From IMG/VR virus record IMGVR_UViG_3300008255_000162, positions 1 to 52,841 of that record: 52,841 bases of DNA, one strand, 5' to 3'. The position numbers were made by a program, and so were the translations under genes. Shown in pieces: positions 20,121 through 29,950 of the stretch; position 1 is the first letter of the stretch, and every line of letters begins with the position of its first letter. The notes below the pieces were generated by a model. That model made no database searches, was not told the origin of the DNA, and was given only the letters and a program-made list of their open reading frames with translations. The stretch comes from a virus. Lineage: Duplodnaviria > Caudoviricetes.

Positions 20121-23100
20121 CCGCAAAGTCGCCAGCAGAACTCGCGTACGAAGAGAGCATTCGTCGAGTCGAGGAGGGTGAGAAGGCAGCAGACGTTGCC
20201 CGAGAGGGTTTGGAGTCTACTCGATTCCTCCGACAAGATCCGAACATCCCAGCCAACTTCCCGGCACTCGGGGCACCGACCGAAGCGGGACAGGAAGCCC
20301 TCGGCGTCGGTGCAGACGGGCAGCCGGTCGGATCTCCGCTCCCCCCCACCCCTGGTACTGATCAGGTCGGTACCGGGGGTGGGGTGGAGATTCCTGAAGC
20401 TGACCTACCCGAAGTTCCCTCCGCACTGATCGGTCCGAACGACGACGTGACTGAAGTACGCCGTCGCTACGCGAATATCAAGGCGGTTCCTCCAGACGAT
20501 CGGGATCTCGTGATCAACCTTGCGGTGCATCTCCGCGCGCAGGGTGATGACGACGCAATGAACGAGTTCATTGCGAAGATCGATTCCCAACCGAAGGCCC
20601 CCCGCGCGCAGGAGAGAGTCGATGCGGCAATCGCGATTGCCCGGCAACTTCCTCTCGGAACGAAACGGGATGCTGCCGATGCCATCCGTGCCGTGATCGC
20701 CACGCAGGAAGAGTCGTTCGGCCCGAATGGAGGTTCCTTCACGGTTCCTCTGACGCGAGATCCCAATACGGGTAGAGTTGCCGTCGACCTTGTCACCGCA
20801 GAGCGCGACCTACAGAATGAATGGTTCTCGGCGTTAGCGCGCGAAGCAGGGTACGCCAGCTTCGACATGCTGCCTCCGAACACGCGTACGGAACTTCGAC
20901 GGCAGGCGGAAGAGAAGGCCCGCGCTGACTTGTGGAAGGTCGCCGCAAACGCGCAGGGCGTTCCTCTCTTGGAAGATCGAGGAAAGCTGGAAAGGGATCT
21001 TCAGGACGAGTGGCTACCTTACGCGGTGCTCCGATCGACCCTCTCGAAGCACACGACTTCCAGTGCGTTCACGCCGACTGCACACGAGATGGCGCAGGAG
21101 AACGCGCAGACGGCAGTCGCCAGAGTCGCCACGACGGGTCTCCTCGATCTTGTCGCTCCGTGGGAACGGCAGTTGCGGATTCAACTCGGCGGTGCCGTGA
21201 CCGGGGAGGATCGAAACGTCGCCGCCGCTCTGTCTGCGAGTACCTTTGCTGGAATGGACCCGGGATACCAGGATTTTCGGAACCGTGTTGTCCACGACTA
21301 CTTGGAGAACCAGGTCGCCTACGATGAGTCGCGTAGGGTGTACGGAACGATTCACGGTTCGGTCGCGGAGGCTTTCGGAGCCAGCCCCGAGGAGGCCGCG
21401 CGAATCGCGAATGACTCCGCTGAGTCCTGGCAGGCGTACGTAGTCGGATTCGTGCCGGAGATGTTCAATGTCTCCCTCGTCGATCTTGCCACCGCCGGAC
21501 TGAGCAAGGGCATTCGGGTAGGTCAGCGCGCACTGGCAGTACGCAATCTCTACAAGACCTCGGAGCACCTGATCGAAGCAGCAGCCCGCCCGGAGGATCT
21601 GGCGAAGGTGCTGACCACTCTGGAAAAGGAGGATTTCACTTCAGCGAAAATCCTCGAAGCTCGGATCAACGAAGCGACCGCTGAAGAAGTAGGAAAGACA
21701 TTCTCCCCGTCGCACTATCAACACATCGTCGGGAATGTCGCAGATGCAGAGAGGGAACTGGAGGAACAGTCGGGGCTGCTCGGGAAATCCCTGGGGAGGA
21801 AGTCGGATGACTCCTCCATTCTCGATTTCGATTCCGTTACCGATCTGAAGGCGAGCGGAGTCGAACAGGCGATTCCGAAGGTGTCCGAAGAGGCTGGTCG
21901 CGCGCTTGTGGTAGAGGCGCAGCTTTCCGCGAAGGAGGCGCAACTGAACGCAGCGCGTGAGTTGAACAAGAAGCACACGGCGCAGACCGTGAAGCGTGCT
22001 GCTAGTGCAAAGAAGATCGCTGAGGCCAATCAGGCTGTACAGGATCTTGCACATGCGAATCCTCGTGTAGCAGACGCATTCCAGGCCGATGTTGCACGAA
22101 CGGCCATCCGGTCAGAGATTCGTGCCCGTGCGGTCGAGCAGGCGAGCTTGGAACAAGCTCTGGGAAAGGTCCCAGACTCTACAAAGTCCGCAGTGCAGAC
22201 GCAGATCGACGCGCACAAGCGGATGACCAAGCAGCTTCGGGGTGACCTCAAGACGTGGGAGGACAAGTACAAGATCGCAATCGACTCCGCGGGGGAGGAT
22301 GCTGGCAAGCTCTACGCGGATCGGATGCGTCAATGGAAGTCCGCGATGACGACCAATGAACGTCTCGCTCGCGAGCTTGGATACGCACCTGCGGCAGTCG
22401 ATCCCGCGCTGGTCACTCGTCTGACCGCTGAGGTGGAATCTCTCGACAACATGGCGAAGATGCACTCCATCCGCGCGCATAGCATGGCGCGGAGGTTGGT
22501 CATCGTCGATGCTAAGTGGGTCGCTACGCATCTCGACGAGATGGATCCCCATGTGGCTGCGCTATTCAGCGCGGGGGGGAAGGGTCCCCTTCGCAAGATG
22601 GCACAAGCAGCGAAGAAGGCAGCGGAGGGGAAGGCGCTCGGCATCGCGGCCGATCAGATGAAACGACTTGCCGCGGATCTCGTAGCCGGCGCGACTGAGA
22701 TCACGAAGCGTACGATCCCCCCCATGTTCTTGGGAATCCCCTTCGCCGGGATCAAGAAAGGGCTCCCCCCTGACGAGTTCAGTCGGGTTACTCCGATCGC
22801 GCAGAAACTGGTCAAGCACGATGGGGGGAAGTTCCTACTCGACCCGGAGAAGTACAAGGCTGCACTCCTGACCGAATACGGAGAGGGTGTATTCGCTGAG
22901 TCACTGGCGAGCGCGATAGAGCACCAGGGCGCGGCTGAGGCGCGCGAGGCAATCCTTACCGTTGATGAGGAGGGCAAGCGGCTCGCGCGCCAACTGAAGG
23001 GCGTAGTGGGCGCGCGTGAGGCAGAACCGGCGTCGTTCATCTTCCTCCGGGCGGTGAACCCCCCCACCTCTGGTACCACCGTTGAACTGACCGGTTCACA

Positions 23101-25933
23101 GCTCGATCAGTTGACATCCTTCGAGCGATCGTTTGGAGTTACCGCTCGGCGTCTTCGTGCAAATGAGGATCAGTTCCGGTTGGTGATGGTCGTATTGCAG
23201 GGCAATCACGATATTCCTTATGGAGGAGCGCGCGGATCCGTTCGTATCCTCTCCAATGCTCGAAGGCTGGTCGAGAACTGGTGGAAGCAGTTCGGAAACA
23301 TCGGGGGCCGTATCGGAAACGTCGCGGAGAAGATGCGGGACACCCTTCGGTACACTGAGAATCTCTCCGATCGATACCAGGACGAACTGATCGAAGTCGC
23401 AAACCGTGCCGCGCGGAGTGGGAAGAATCCCATTGACGCGATGACGGCGTACATCGACCGCGTCGCGCCGGTTAAGTTGAATAACGGATCCTCGATCCTG
23501 AACTCCCTTGGGAGCAAGACAATCTGGGAGCGGGGGAAGCGAGCGATCCTATCTGACCCTCGAACGGCGACCGGTCTTGGTGAAGGTGTGACGGTCGGTA
23601 CGTCCGAACAGGCATTGTCCGCTGGTGGGAACTTCAATCTTCCTCTGCTCGGTCTTGCGCGAATGTGGATTCGCGGTGCGACCGATGCTCAGTCGAAGAT
23701 CCTGTACGCCCGTGCGTACGACTTGCTCAGTAAGTCGGGTTCCTGGCAGGAGTTCTCGGGGAAGATGCGCGCGGCGACGATCGGTGTAGTCGGTCGTGGA
23801 TTTGAGGGGATCGATCAGCGATCGGTCCATGCGTACGCGTTGGGCGCCCGCGCGATGGCACATGCCGCGATGTTCGATGACCTTGCGTACATTACCGGAC
23901 GGGAACTCTTCGGAGTTCTCGATGAGAAAACGGCGAACGCGATCAATCATTTCTTGGGGGTAGGTTCCGGTCTTCGTGATGCTCGCGATGTTGCGCGAGC
24001 GGTCAATGCGATGGTAGAACTCGGCATCTCCCCCGGACAGTCGGTCGTTCGACAGGCTTCTCGTAGTGCAGCAGCGCGCCTTGCGGGTGGCGCAATGACC
24101 GATACTCTTCGGATGGTAGAGGCGGGGACCGTTCTTACCGGTAAGGCATCGTACGAATCGATCTTCCTCCCATCGGTCGTTCGTAGAGAAGTCGATCGGA
24201 AACTCGGCGGCATTATCAAGGAACTTGATACCTACTACGCTGCGGCTCCCAATGCGACCGCCGAGAAGATTCATAGGGGCTATCAGTGGATGATTCGTTT
24301 GTGGAAAACGGAGGCCACGACCGGTCTTCTGTTACCTCAACCGAAATACTTCCTCTGGAACTTCTGGGGGGACTGGACGCAGATGGCGGTGGAGATCGGA
24401 TTCATTCCGGCAACCACCGTACAGATCAGCAACGTGTGGGCACTGATCCCCGGGATCGGTCGGCCGATTCAGGACCTGATCGGTCGTACGGTCGGAAAGG
24501 CTGTAGGTGGTAAGCCCGGACTTCCAGGCGTGATCGAATCCTTCCTCAACCCAGCAGTTGGCCGTCTCTGGTCGGGTGCAGATGACGAAGTGATCCGACT
24601 CGGTCAGAACACGACGATGCTTGGAACTCTTCGTCGGCAGATGATCGAAACTGGAGTTGCGGACACGTTCATCTCAGAGGAGTTGCAGGACGCACTCCGC
24701 AACACCATGCGGTCCGTTCGAGATCGATACAGGCTGACCTCTCCACAGATGTACGCCGACCTCCTTGCAAACTGGCAGTCGCATATCAATGAGTTCGGAG
24801 TTGCCCTTCAACAGCGCCAGCGATCTGCAATGTGGATGCACCTCATGTCCCGAGGGGAAACCCCGGAGGAGGCTGCAAAGCACGTACGCAATGCGCTTTA
24901 CGACTGGGGACATGGAGTCGCGAAGGACGAACTCTGGGGGATCGGTAATAACTTCGCGTTCTATCGGTTCATGCGACTGTATCTCGGTCAGGTGTCAGAT
25001 GCAATGCTCGAATCGATCACGCGTCCCGATCTCGTGAAGATGTCTGACATCCTCATGGGAAGAACGAAGTTCTCTCGACTGCGGCGTCAGGCGGTATTCC
25101 TTCGAGATGGCGTTCCGGGATTGTGGAACTCGATTCGGTCGGATGATAGTGCTTCCGACGAGCAGGCTGCAAGGCGGCAGTTCGCGGAGGCAATGCGTCC
25201 GATCTGGTCACGCCAATGGCCGGCGGCAGGGATGGGACCGATCGATCCGAAGACAGTCGATTACATGTGGAAGTTCTACGGGGATAAGACTCCGACTGCG
25301 AAGTACACGATCCTCCCACCAGCATTGGCCGTGGACGGGTTGGAACTCGCACTGACTCCAATCAAGGTGATGACGCTCCTCGGTCTGCGCGCACTCGGAG
25401 AGGATCAAGTCGCTGACGTGTGGCGCGGACAGCTCCTCGATCCGATTGGAGGAATGCTGTCTCCTCACTACAGAGAAATGTACAAGTCGATCATCGACAA
25501 GATGACCGGTGAGGGGGGATCGGGGGGGAAGGGTGAGTGGCGCATCAGACCCGAAGAATACAAGGTCATGTCTTCTCTTCCGTTCATCAAGGAGTTCACG
25601 CGAAAGGGAGAGGGGCTTGGGGAGTTCTACGCAACTCAATCAGCGATAGTCGCGACGAGAATGTTCCCCCTCGTGATCGGCCGACTGTCTCAGCTTGTGA
25701 AATACTGGAAGTATCAGAACCCCGACTCGGCCGAGTCCATGTCGGCTGGACTCCTGTACTTCGCTCGTCAGTTCGCTGGGATCGGGCGTGAATACTACTT
25801 CGACCCCGCTACAGAGCTTGTCAACAGAGAGAAGCAGATCAATCGAGGAATCAAGTCAGCGGTCGATCGCGCCCGAGCGCGGGCTGTTCCCGGGGCGGAA
25901 GACCTTCCAGACTACTACAACCTGAAGCCTTGA
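20117..25933 (+). CDS. Large internal virion / DNA ejection protein (1938 aa)
   Basis: TTG start overlapping the previous stop; Ala-rich helical and coiled-coil; T7 gp16-like position. Confidence 0.7.
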   Translation: MTAKSPAELAYEESIRRVEEGEKAADVAREGLESTRFLRQDPNIPANFPALGAPTEAGQEALGVGADGQPVGSPLPPTPGTDQVGTGGGVEIPEADLPEVPSALIGPNDDVTEVRRRYANIKAVPPDDRDLVINLAVHLRAQGDDDAMNEFIAKIDSQPKAPRAQERVDAAIAIARQLPLGTKRDAADAIRAVIATQEESFGPNGGSFTVPLTRDPNTGRVAVDLVTAERDLQNEWFSALAREAGYASFDMLPPNTRTELRRQAEEKARADLWKVAANAQGVPLLEDRGKLERDLQDEWLPYAVLRSTLSKHTTSSAFTPTAHEMAQENAQTAVARVATTGLLDLVAPWERQLRIQLGGAVTGEDRNVAAALSASTFAGMDPGYQDFRNRVVHDYLENQVAYDESRRVYGTIHGSVAEAFGASPEEAARIANDSAESWQAYVVGFVPEMFNVSLVDLATAGLSKGIRVGQRALAVRNLYKTSEHLIEAAARPEDLAKVLTTLEKEDFTSAKILEARINEATAEEVGKTFSPSHYQHIVGNVADAERELEEQSGLLGKSLGRKSDDSSILDFDSVTDLKASGVEQAIPKVSEEAGRALVVEAQLSAKEAQLNAARELNKKHTAQTVKRAASAKKIAEANQAVQDLAHANPRVADAFQADVARTAIRSEIRARAVEQASLEQALGKVPDSTKSAVQTQIDAHKRMTKQLRGDLKTWEDKYKIAIDSAGEDAGKLYADRMRQWKSAMTTNERLARELGYAPAAVDPALVTRLTAEVESLDNMAKMHSIRAHSMARRLVIVDAKWVATHLDEMDPHVAALFSAGGKGPLRKMAQAAKKAAEGKALGIAADQMKRLAADLVAGATEITKRTIPPMFLGIPFAGIKKGLPPDEFSRVTPIAQKLVKHDGGKFLLDPEKYKAALLTEYGEGVFAESLASAIEHQGAAEAREAILTVDEEGKRLARQLKGVVGAREAEPASFIFLRAVNPPTSGTTVELTGSQLDQLTSFERSFGVTARRLRANEDQFRLVMVVLQGNHDIPYGGARGSVRILSNARRLVENWWKQFGNIGGRIGNVAEKMRDTLRYTENLSDRYQDELIEVANRAARSGKNPIDAMTAYIDRVAPVKLNNGSSILNSLGSKTIWERGKRAILSDPRTATGLGEGVTVGTSEQALSAGGNFNLPLLGLARMWIRGATDAQSKILYARAYDLLSKSGSWQEFSGKMRAATIGVVGRGFEGIDQRSVHAYALGARAMAHAAMFDDLAYITGRELFGVLDEKTANAINHFLGVGSGLRDARDVARAVNAMVELGISPGQSVVRQASRSAAARLAGGAMTDTLRMVEAGTVLTGKASYESIFLPSVVRREVDRKLGGIIKELDTYYAAAPNATAEKIHRGYQWMIRLWKTEATTGLLLPQPKYFLWNFWGDWTQMAVEIGFIPATTVQISNVWALIPGIGRPIQDLIGRTVGKAVGGKPGLPGVIESFLNPAVGRLWSGADDEVIRLGQNTTMLGTLRRQMIETGVADTFISEELQDALRNTMRSVRDRYRLTSPQMYADLLANWQSHINEFGVALQQRQRSAMWMHLMSRGETPEEAAKHVRNALYDWGHGVAKDELWGIGNNFAFYRFMRLYLGQVSDAMLESITRPDLVKMSDILMGRTKFSRLRRQAVFLRDGVPGLWNSIRSDDSASDEQAARRQFAEAMRPIWSRQWPAAGMGPIDPKTVDYMWKFYGDKTPTAKYTILPPALAVDGLELALTPIKVMTLLGLRALGEDQVADVWRGQLLDPIGGMLSPHYREMYKSIIDKMTGEGGSGGKGEWRIRPEEYKVMSSLPFIKEFTRKGEGLGEFYATQSAIVATRMFPLVIGRLSQLVKYWKYQNPDSAESMSAGLLYFARQFAGIGREYYFDPATELVNREKQINRGIKSAVDRARARAVPGAEDLPDYYNLKP

Positions 25934-25958
25934 CAGTGAGAAGCGCACGAGCTACGCT
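25930..25958 (+). promoter_or_regulatory. Sigma70-type promoter for the late/lysis genes
   Basis: TTGACA-17 nt-TACGCT. Confidence 0.6.
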
Positions 25959-25973
25959 GTTTCAGAGGTGCGT

Positions 25974-26399
25974 ATGAACCCTCCCAATGAAGTCGAGCGG
26001 CACTTCATCGTGCTCATGGCCAACATCGACAACACGAAGGTCTACGAACTCGACTTCGGTTCACGGCTGACCGGAGCGAACAACGTGTCCCGTGACCTGT
26101 GGGACCTGATCTACTTCGGAATGGAGGTTGCCGCCGGTGGTACGGGAGTGACGTACGATCCGAAGGTCAGTGAAACGAACCCTCCGGCAGCGACCGACGA
26201 GGAGTGCCGTCTGAACTACGCGGCACCCATCGCGGTAGCGACGATCACGCGCGACCAGTTCGACCCACCGACTCCTTTCGCGGTCACCCCGGGGGGTAAG
26301 CTGTACTTCGCTCCGAGATTCGACGCCGGGGCGGACAACAACGGAGTAGCTGTCCTGCGATTCCGCGCCCGTAGGGGCCTCGCCATCATGGTGTCCTGA
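25974..26399 (+). CDS. Hypothetical (possibly virion) protein
   Basis: ORF 25968..26399; ATG at 25974 after GAGGTG. Confidence 0.7.
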   Translation: MNPPNEVERHFIVLMANIDNTKVYELDFGSRLTGANNVSRDLWDLIYFGMEVAAGGTGVTYDPKVSETNPPAATDEECRLNYAAPIAVATITRDQFDPPTPFAVTPGGKLYFAPRFDAGADNNGVAVLRFRARRGLAIMVS

Positions 26400-26572
26400 T
26401 GTCCATCTATCGGTGGGTCGGGGGGGTTCTCACGTCTGTAGCCATTACGGCTGCTGCACCGACTGCCGCTCTTGCTTCGATCTCCGACTCACTGTGGATC
26501 AAGCAGATCAATCTCGACAGTAGTAGGTCGCGAGCTGTACAGTCGGTCGGTCGAACCGGGGTGTTCGCATGA
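26399..26572 (+). CDS. Small hypothetical protein (57 aa), absent from the ORF track
   Basis: MSIYRWVGGVLTSVAITAAAP...; TGATG overlap upstream and ATGA overlap downstream. Confidence 0.6.
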   Translation: MSIYRWVGGVLTSVAITAAAPTAALASISDSLWIKQINLDSSRSRAVQSVGRTGVFA

Positions 26573-27081
26573 ACCCCACCATTCACGTAGTTCGTGATCA
26601 GTTCGGCTCGAACCCTTCGGGGGTACAAACGACCCTCGGGATCGTCGCATGGGAGGGATTACCCTTCGGCTATTCGTGCGAGGACGAAGACCGCGGATTG
26701 CAGTCGACCATGCCGATTGAGGAGATACGTCGGATCAAGATTCCGCATCTGACGTGCATCCCGACCGGACTGTACCGCGTACAGATGCACCCGAGCGTCA
26801 AGCATGGACGTGAGGTTCCATGGATTCTGAACGTACCGGGCTTCCAGTACATACAGATCCATCCCGGAAACACCGCGGGTGATACGGACGGCTGTCTACT
26901 CCCCGGCACCCGTAGGGACATCTCTCGCATGGTAATTACACACTCCCGCCCGGCGTGTGACTGGTTGTACACGCAGATCGAGAAGATGGAAGCTGACGGG
27001 AAGCCCGTGACGATCCTGATCCAACGAGATGAATCAGCGTTTCAGATGTACCGCGCTCACCGTGGTCTCGGTGGAGCGTGA
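26569..27081 (+). CDS. DUF5675-family protein (putative endolysin, L,D-transpeptidase-like fold)
   Basis: TLG...YSCED, CIPTG.Y, VPGF..I.IHPGNT..DTDGCLLPG motifs. Confidence 0.85.
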   Translation: MNPTIHVVRDQFGSNPSGVQTTLGIVAWEGLPFGYSCEDEDRGLQSTMPIEEIRRIKIPHLTCIPTGLYRVQMHPSVKHGREVPWILNVPGFQYIQIHPGNTAGDTDGCLLPGTRRDISRMVITHSRPACDWLYTQIEKMEADGKPVTILIQRDESAFQMYRAHRGLGGA

Positions 27082-27082
27082 C

Positions 27083-27496
27083 GTGGAGCCACGTATGGTC
27101 GCACTCATCGTTGCCGCTTGTGCCGGATGGCTCGTCGCCGGCGGCCTCGTGGTAGTCGCGGTCAAGAAGGACAACACAGGCGAGGTTGTCGAACAGGTAG
27201 CTGCAAGCATCGACTCGGCAAACGCACCACTTCTCGCGGAACTCGGGAACATCTCGACTGTACTCGATTCGGATCGTCTCGACAAGCACTGCACCAAGCC
27301 TACGGCAGGTACCATCGACGCGCAGTATCTATGGTGCCTTGCAGCCGACTGCTGGCAGCAGCAGAGCGCCCAGGGGCAGAACGCGTCGGAAACGTGTGGC
27401 AAGATTCGCGACCTGGCCGATTCGGTCACTCGCTGCGAAATGCAAACCACACAAGAGATGCAGGAGACTTGCATCTCCAAGCTGGTGCCCAGATGA
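27083..27496 (+). CDS. Membrane-anchored Cys-rich protein (lysis module, spanin-like?)
   Basis: N-terminal TM helix; several Cys; directly follows the lysin. Confidence 0.55.
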   Translation: MEPRMVALIVAACAGWLVAGGLVVVAVKKDNTGEVVEQVAASIDSANAPLLAELGNISTVLDSDRLDKHCTKPTAGTIDAQYLWCLAADCWQQQSAQGQNASETCGKIRDLADSVTRCEMQTTQEMQETCISKLVPR

Positions 27497-27795
27497 CCAG
27501 ACCGTGGTGGATTCTCGTCATTCTTCTCTTGATCGCTTGCAGTGCTGCCCAAGCTACCGGAGCAGCCGACCTCGACCTTGGCGCGGGTACGGCAGTGCGC
27601 CTACCCATCGAATCCATCTCCTGGCCAGTCGCGATCCTGGTCGTCGGGCTTAAACTCGGCGCAGCGGTGCGTCTGCTTGCCAGTTCTGTGTCCGGGCTCA
27701 CGCTGAAACTGGAGGTTGTCCACAAGTGGGATGGCAAGCCGTTGATGAACTGTCCGTGGGACGGAGCCGAACGAAGAAGCCCAAGGGGCTCCTGA
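27493..27795 (+). CDS. Membrane/lipoprotein (holin- or spanin-like)
   Basis: ATGA overlap; signal peptide with LIAC lipobox-like motif and a second hydrophobic segment. Confidence 0.55.
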   Translation: MTRPWWILVILLLIACSAAQATGAADLDLGAGTAVRLPIESISWPVAILVVGLKLGAAVRLLASSVSGLTLKLEVVHKWDGKPLMNCPWDGAERRSPRGS

Positions 27796-27798
27796 CCG

Positions 27799-28140
27799 TC
27801 AACGAACGATGACACGCCCTCCGTATCCGCAGGTCGCGTGAACTTCCCACCGGGAAGCCGCGTGCTGCATCCATACGTTGGTGGGATTGATCGTTCCGTA
27901 CCCGTCACTGTTGTAACAGGTCACGATCAAACACGGAGGCGCCTCGATGTCTCCAAAGACGAAGAACGCATGTTCGCAGGTCGGCTCACCTCCTGAACAC
28001 GACCAGCGTACATCTTCGTCTCCTGCGTGAAGATAGCCGTCACCGGTGTCATCTTGACCGAAATCGCCGCAGTTGATGACTAGCAAGCAGAGTACAACCG
28101 CGGAGGGAATCGGCCGGAAAGTCTCAATCCGGGTGGTCAT
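27799..28140 (-). CDS. Putative Cys-rich lipoprotein
   Basis: Hydrophobic N-terminus ending VINC; GAGGA RBS; last gene of the minus arm. Confidence 0.55.
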   Translation of the reverse strand: MTTRIETFRPIPSAVVLCLLVINCGDFGQDDTGDGYLHAGDEDVRWSCSGGEPTCEHAFFVFGDIEAPPCLIVTCYNSDGYGTINPTNVWMQHAASRWEVHATCGYGGRVIVR

Positions 28141-28157
28141 GACTTCCTCGATACCAG

Positions 28158-28547
28158 TTACGCCCAGCGTACGAGATTGATCACGGCGCGGATCCGTCCG
28201 TTCTCACGAATGGTTCGGTTCCGTGAGGTGTCGGGGGAGTACACGTTCTTCCTGTCTGGATCGCGCGTCTGGATCCACTCTCCGATCGCGGAGGAGACGA
28301 GGATCACTGTCTCCTTGTCTTCTGGGAGGCCGAGCACATGAGAAAAGACGTGGGAGGACTCGACCGCGATCTCGTCCTTTCCGAAGATGACCTGTGATCG
28401 GACAGACGGCTGATCGACTCCGTACGCCTGAAGTCCGCTGCGAGGGATGACGACTTCCCGACCGTCAGTGGTCTGGACGGTCACGTCATGGGGGGTCAGG
28501 TTCACGATCTTGTCGATGTTCATCTCATCATCTCCCTGTATGCTCAC
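28158..28547 (-). CDS. Conserved viral hypothetical protein (NLTPH family)
   Basis: IVNLTPHDV...P.SG...GLP......LVS...PDT...R..G.I pattern widespread in viruses; start may be a downstream Met. Confidence 0.7.
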   Translation of the reverse strand: MSIQGDDEMNIDKIVNLTPHDVTVQTTDGREVVIPRSGLQAYGVDQPSVRSQVIFGKDEIAVESSHVFSHVLGLPEDKETVILVSSAIGEWIQTRDPDRKNVYSPDTSRNRTIRENGRIRAVINLVRWA

Positions 28548-29922
28548 GCATACGCCGCTTGCGCGCGGTCATGACGAAAGTACGCAGGATAGCGGTAGCT
28601 ACTCGGTCGACTGCAAGCAGTGTAGAGTCTGCAATCGTCATGACCGACTTCCAATCGTCGATTGCTGCGTACTTTTGCATCTCTTGAATGGTGGCGTTCA
28701 TGTCGACCGCTGGACGTAGCAGTGTCGGAACCAGGAAACGCTTTACGTCCCCAATCGTGAAGGATAGCGCCGCCCCCTGCACCATTCGCGCGCGGATCTC
28801 CACGTCGGCCATGGTGATCGAGGAGTGGAGGCGAATCAGAAGTGCCTTCACCGAGTCATGGCTTTGCGGTGTGATCTCAAACGACCGCTCTGGACGGACG
28901 CACGGTCCGAGCGCCACGAGGAGGGGGCGTTCCAACCACGTCCACCACCAGCCGACACGGGGTCCAGGCGCGGAGAGCCAAGAGGAGCCGGGGAGTGCCT
29001 CGGCCGAACCGAGGAGCAGAGTAGAGCGCATCGGAGCCGGCGAGTCGAGCAGAACCGCACGTCCGGTCGGGAGGTTGCCTCCAACCTTCGGATTGGACGA
29101 TACAGTTGCCAGCTTGCGCAGTGGATGAGCAGCCTTCGCCTCGTGAAGATGCGATAGCACCTCAACCGCTCGCGCCCCGCCCCCGACCTCCAGCCCGCGG
29201 CACCAATCCATCTGATCGACCGTGAGCATGGAACCACCGGCGACCATTGCGTCGTACACAGCGGAGATCGAGTCAGGAACGATGTACTCGATTCGGGAAG
29301 GCCCCCCCCCACCCTGGTACCGATCCAAGAGAAGGAGGTAGCATAGGTTAGTCCCTTGCGTGACCTTCTCTCGAAAAGCCACAATCTTGAACGAACCGAA
29401 CCGTTCTTGCAACCAGCGGGTGAACTTCCTCCCCGCTTGTGTGAACGTCATGGAACGCGGAACGACCGCCGCAATCCCACCGCCTGGTTGTAACCATCGC
29501 GTAGACTGAGCGAGGAACGTCATCCAGATCGAGGGGAACGCGAACTTGAATCCAAGTTCCCGTTCGATCTGGACCATACGGTCCATGGTAGTCTTCCCGA
29601 CTCGACTGCGTTTGACATACGGCGGATTCGTCACGATCAGATCGAAGAGACGACGGGGTTCCACCCGGAGGAAATCTTTCCGCGCTGATCGAATCCACGG
29701 GCGATGCTGCTTCACACGATCGATTGCATCCGGGTCAGTATCCATCCCGGCTACAGTCGCATCCGTACCCTCCCAGACTTCGACTAAGTTCCCGGAGCCG
29801 ATGGACGGTTCCAGAATCATGCGCCGACCGGGGAACTCGCTCTTGATCAAATAGGACAGGAAGGGCTCACTGTAGTAGGAGCCCTCCCACCATTGACCCT
29901 GTTGGTCACTATTGGTCGTCAT
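28528..29922 (-). CDS. N6-adenine (amino) DNA methyltransferase, gamma class
   Basis: Motif X YYS, motif I LEPSIGSGNL, DFL, motif IV NPPY; C-terminal TRD-like region. Confidence 0.85.
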   Translation of the reverse strand: MTTNSDQQGQWWEGSYYSEPFLSYLIKSEFPGRRMILEPSIGSGNLVEVWEGTDATVAGMDTDPDAIDRVKQHRPWIRSARKDFLRVEPRRLFDLIVTNPPYVKRSRVGKTTMDRMVQIERELGFKFAFPSIWMTFLAQSTRWLQPGGGIAAVVPRSMTFTQAGRKFTRWLQERFGSFKIVAFREKVTQGTNLCYLLLLDRYQGGGGPSRIEYIVPDSISAVYDAMVAGGSMLTVDQMDWCRGLEVGGGARAVEVLSHLHEAKAAHPLRKLATVSSNPKVGGNLPTGRAVLLDSPAPMRSTLLLGSAEALPGSSWLSAPGPRVGWWWTWLERPLLVALGPCVRPERSFEITPQSHDSVKALLIRLHSSITMADVEIRARMVQGAALSFTIGDVKRFLVPTLLRPAVDMNATIQEMQKYAAIDDWKSVMTIADSTLLAVDRVATAILRTFVMTARKRRMREHTGR

Positions 29923-29950
29923 CTTACTTCTTTACCGGCAGTGCCGGGTA

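Noticed and set aside
20117-25933. Giant ORF as a tape measure protein or virion RNA polymerase
   Set aside because: No major tail or chaperone genes for a long tail and no DxDxD or T7/N4 polymerase motifs seen; position fits an ejection protein
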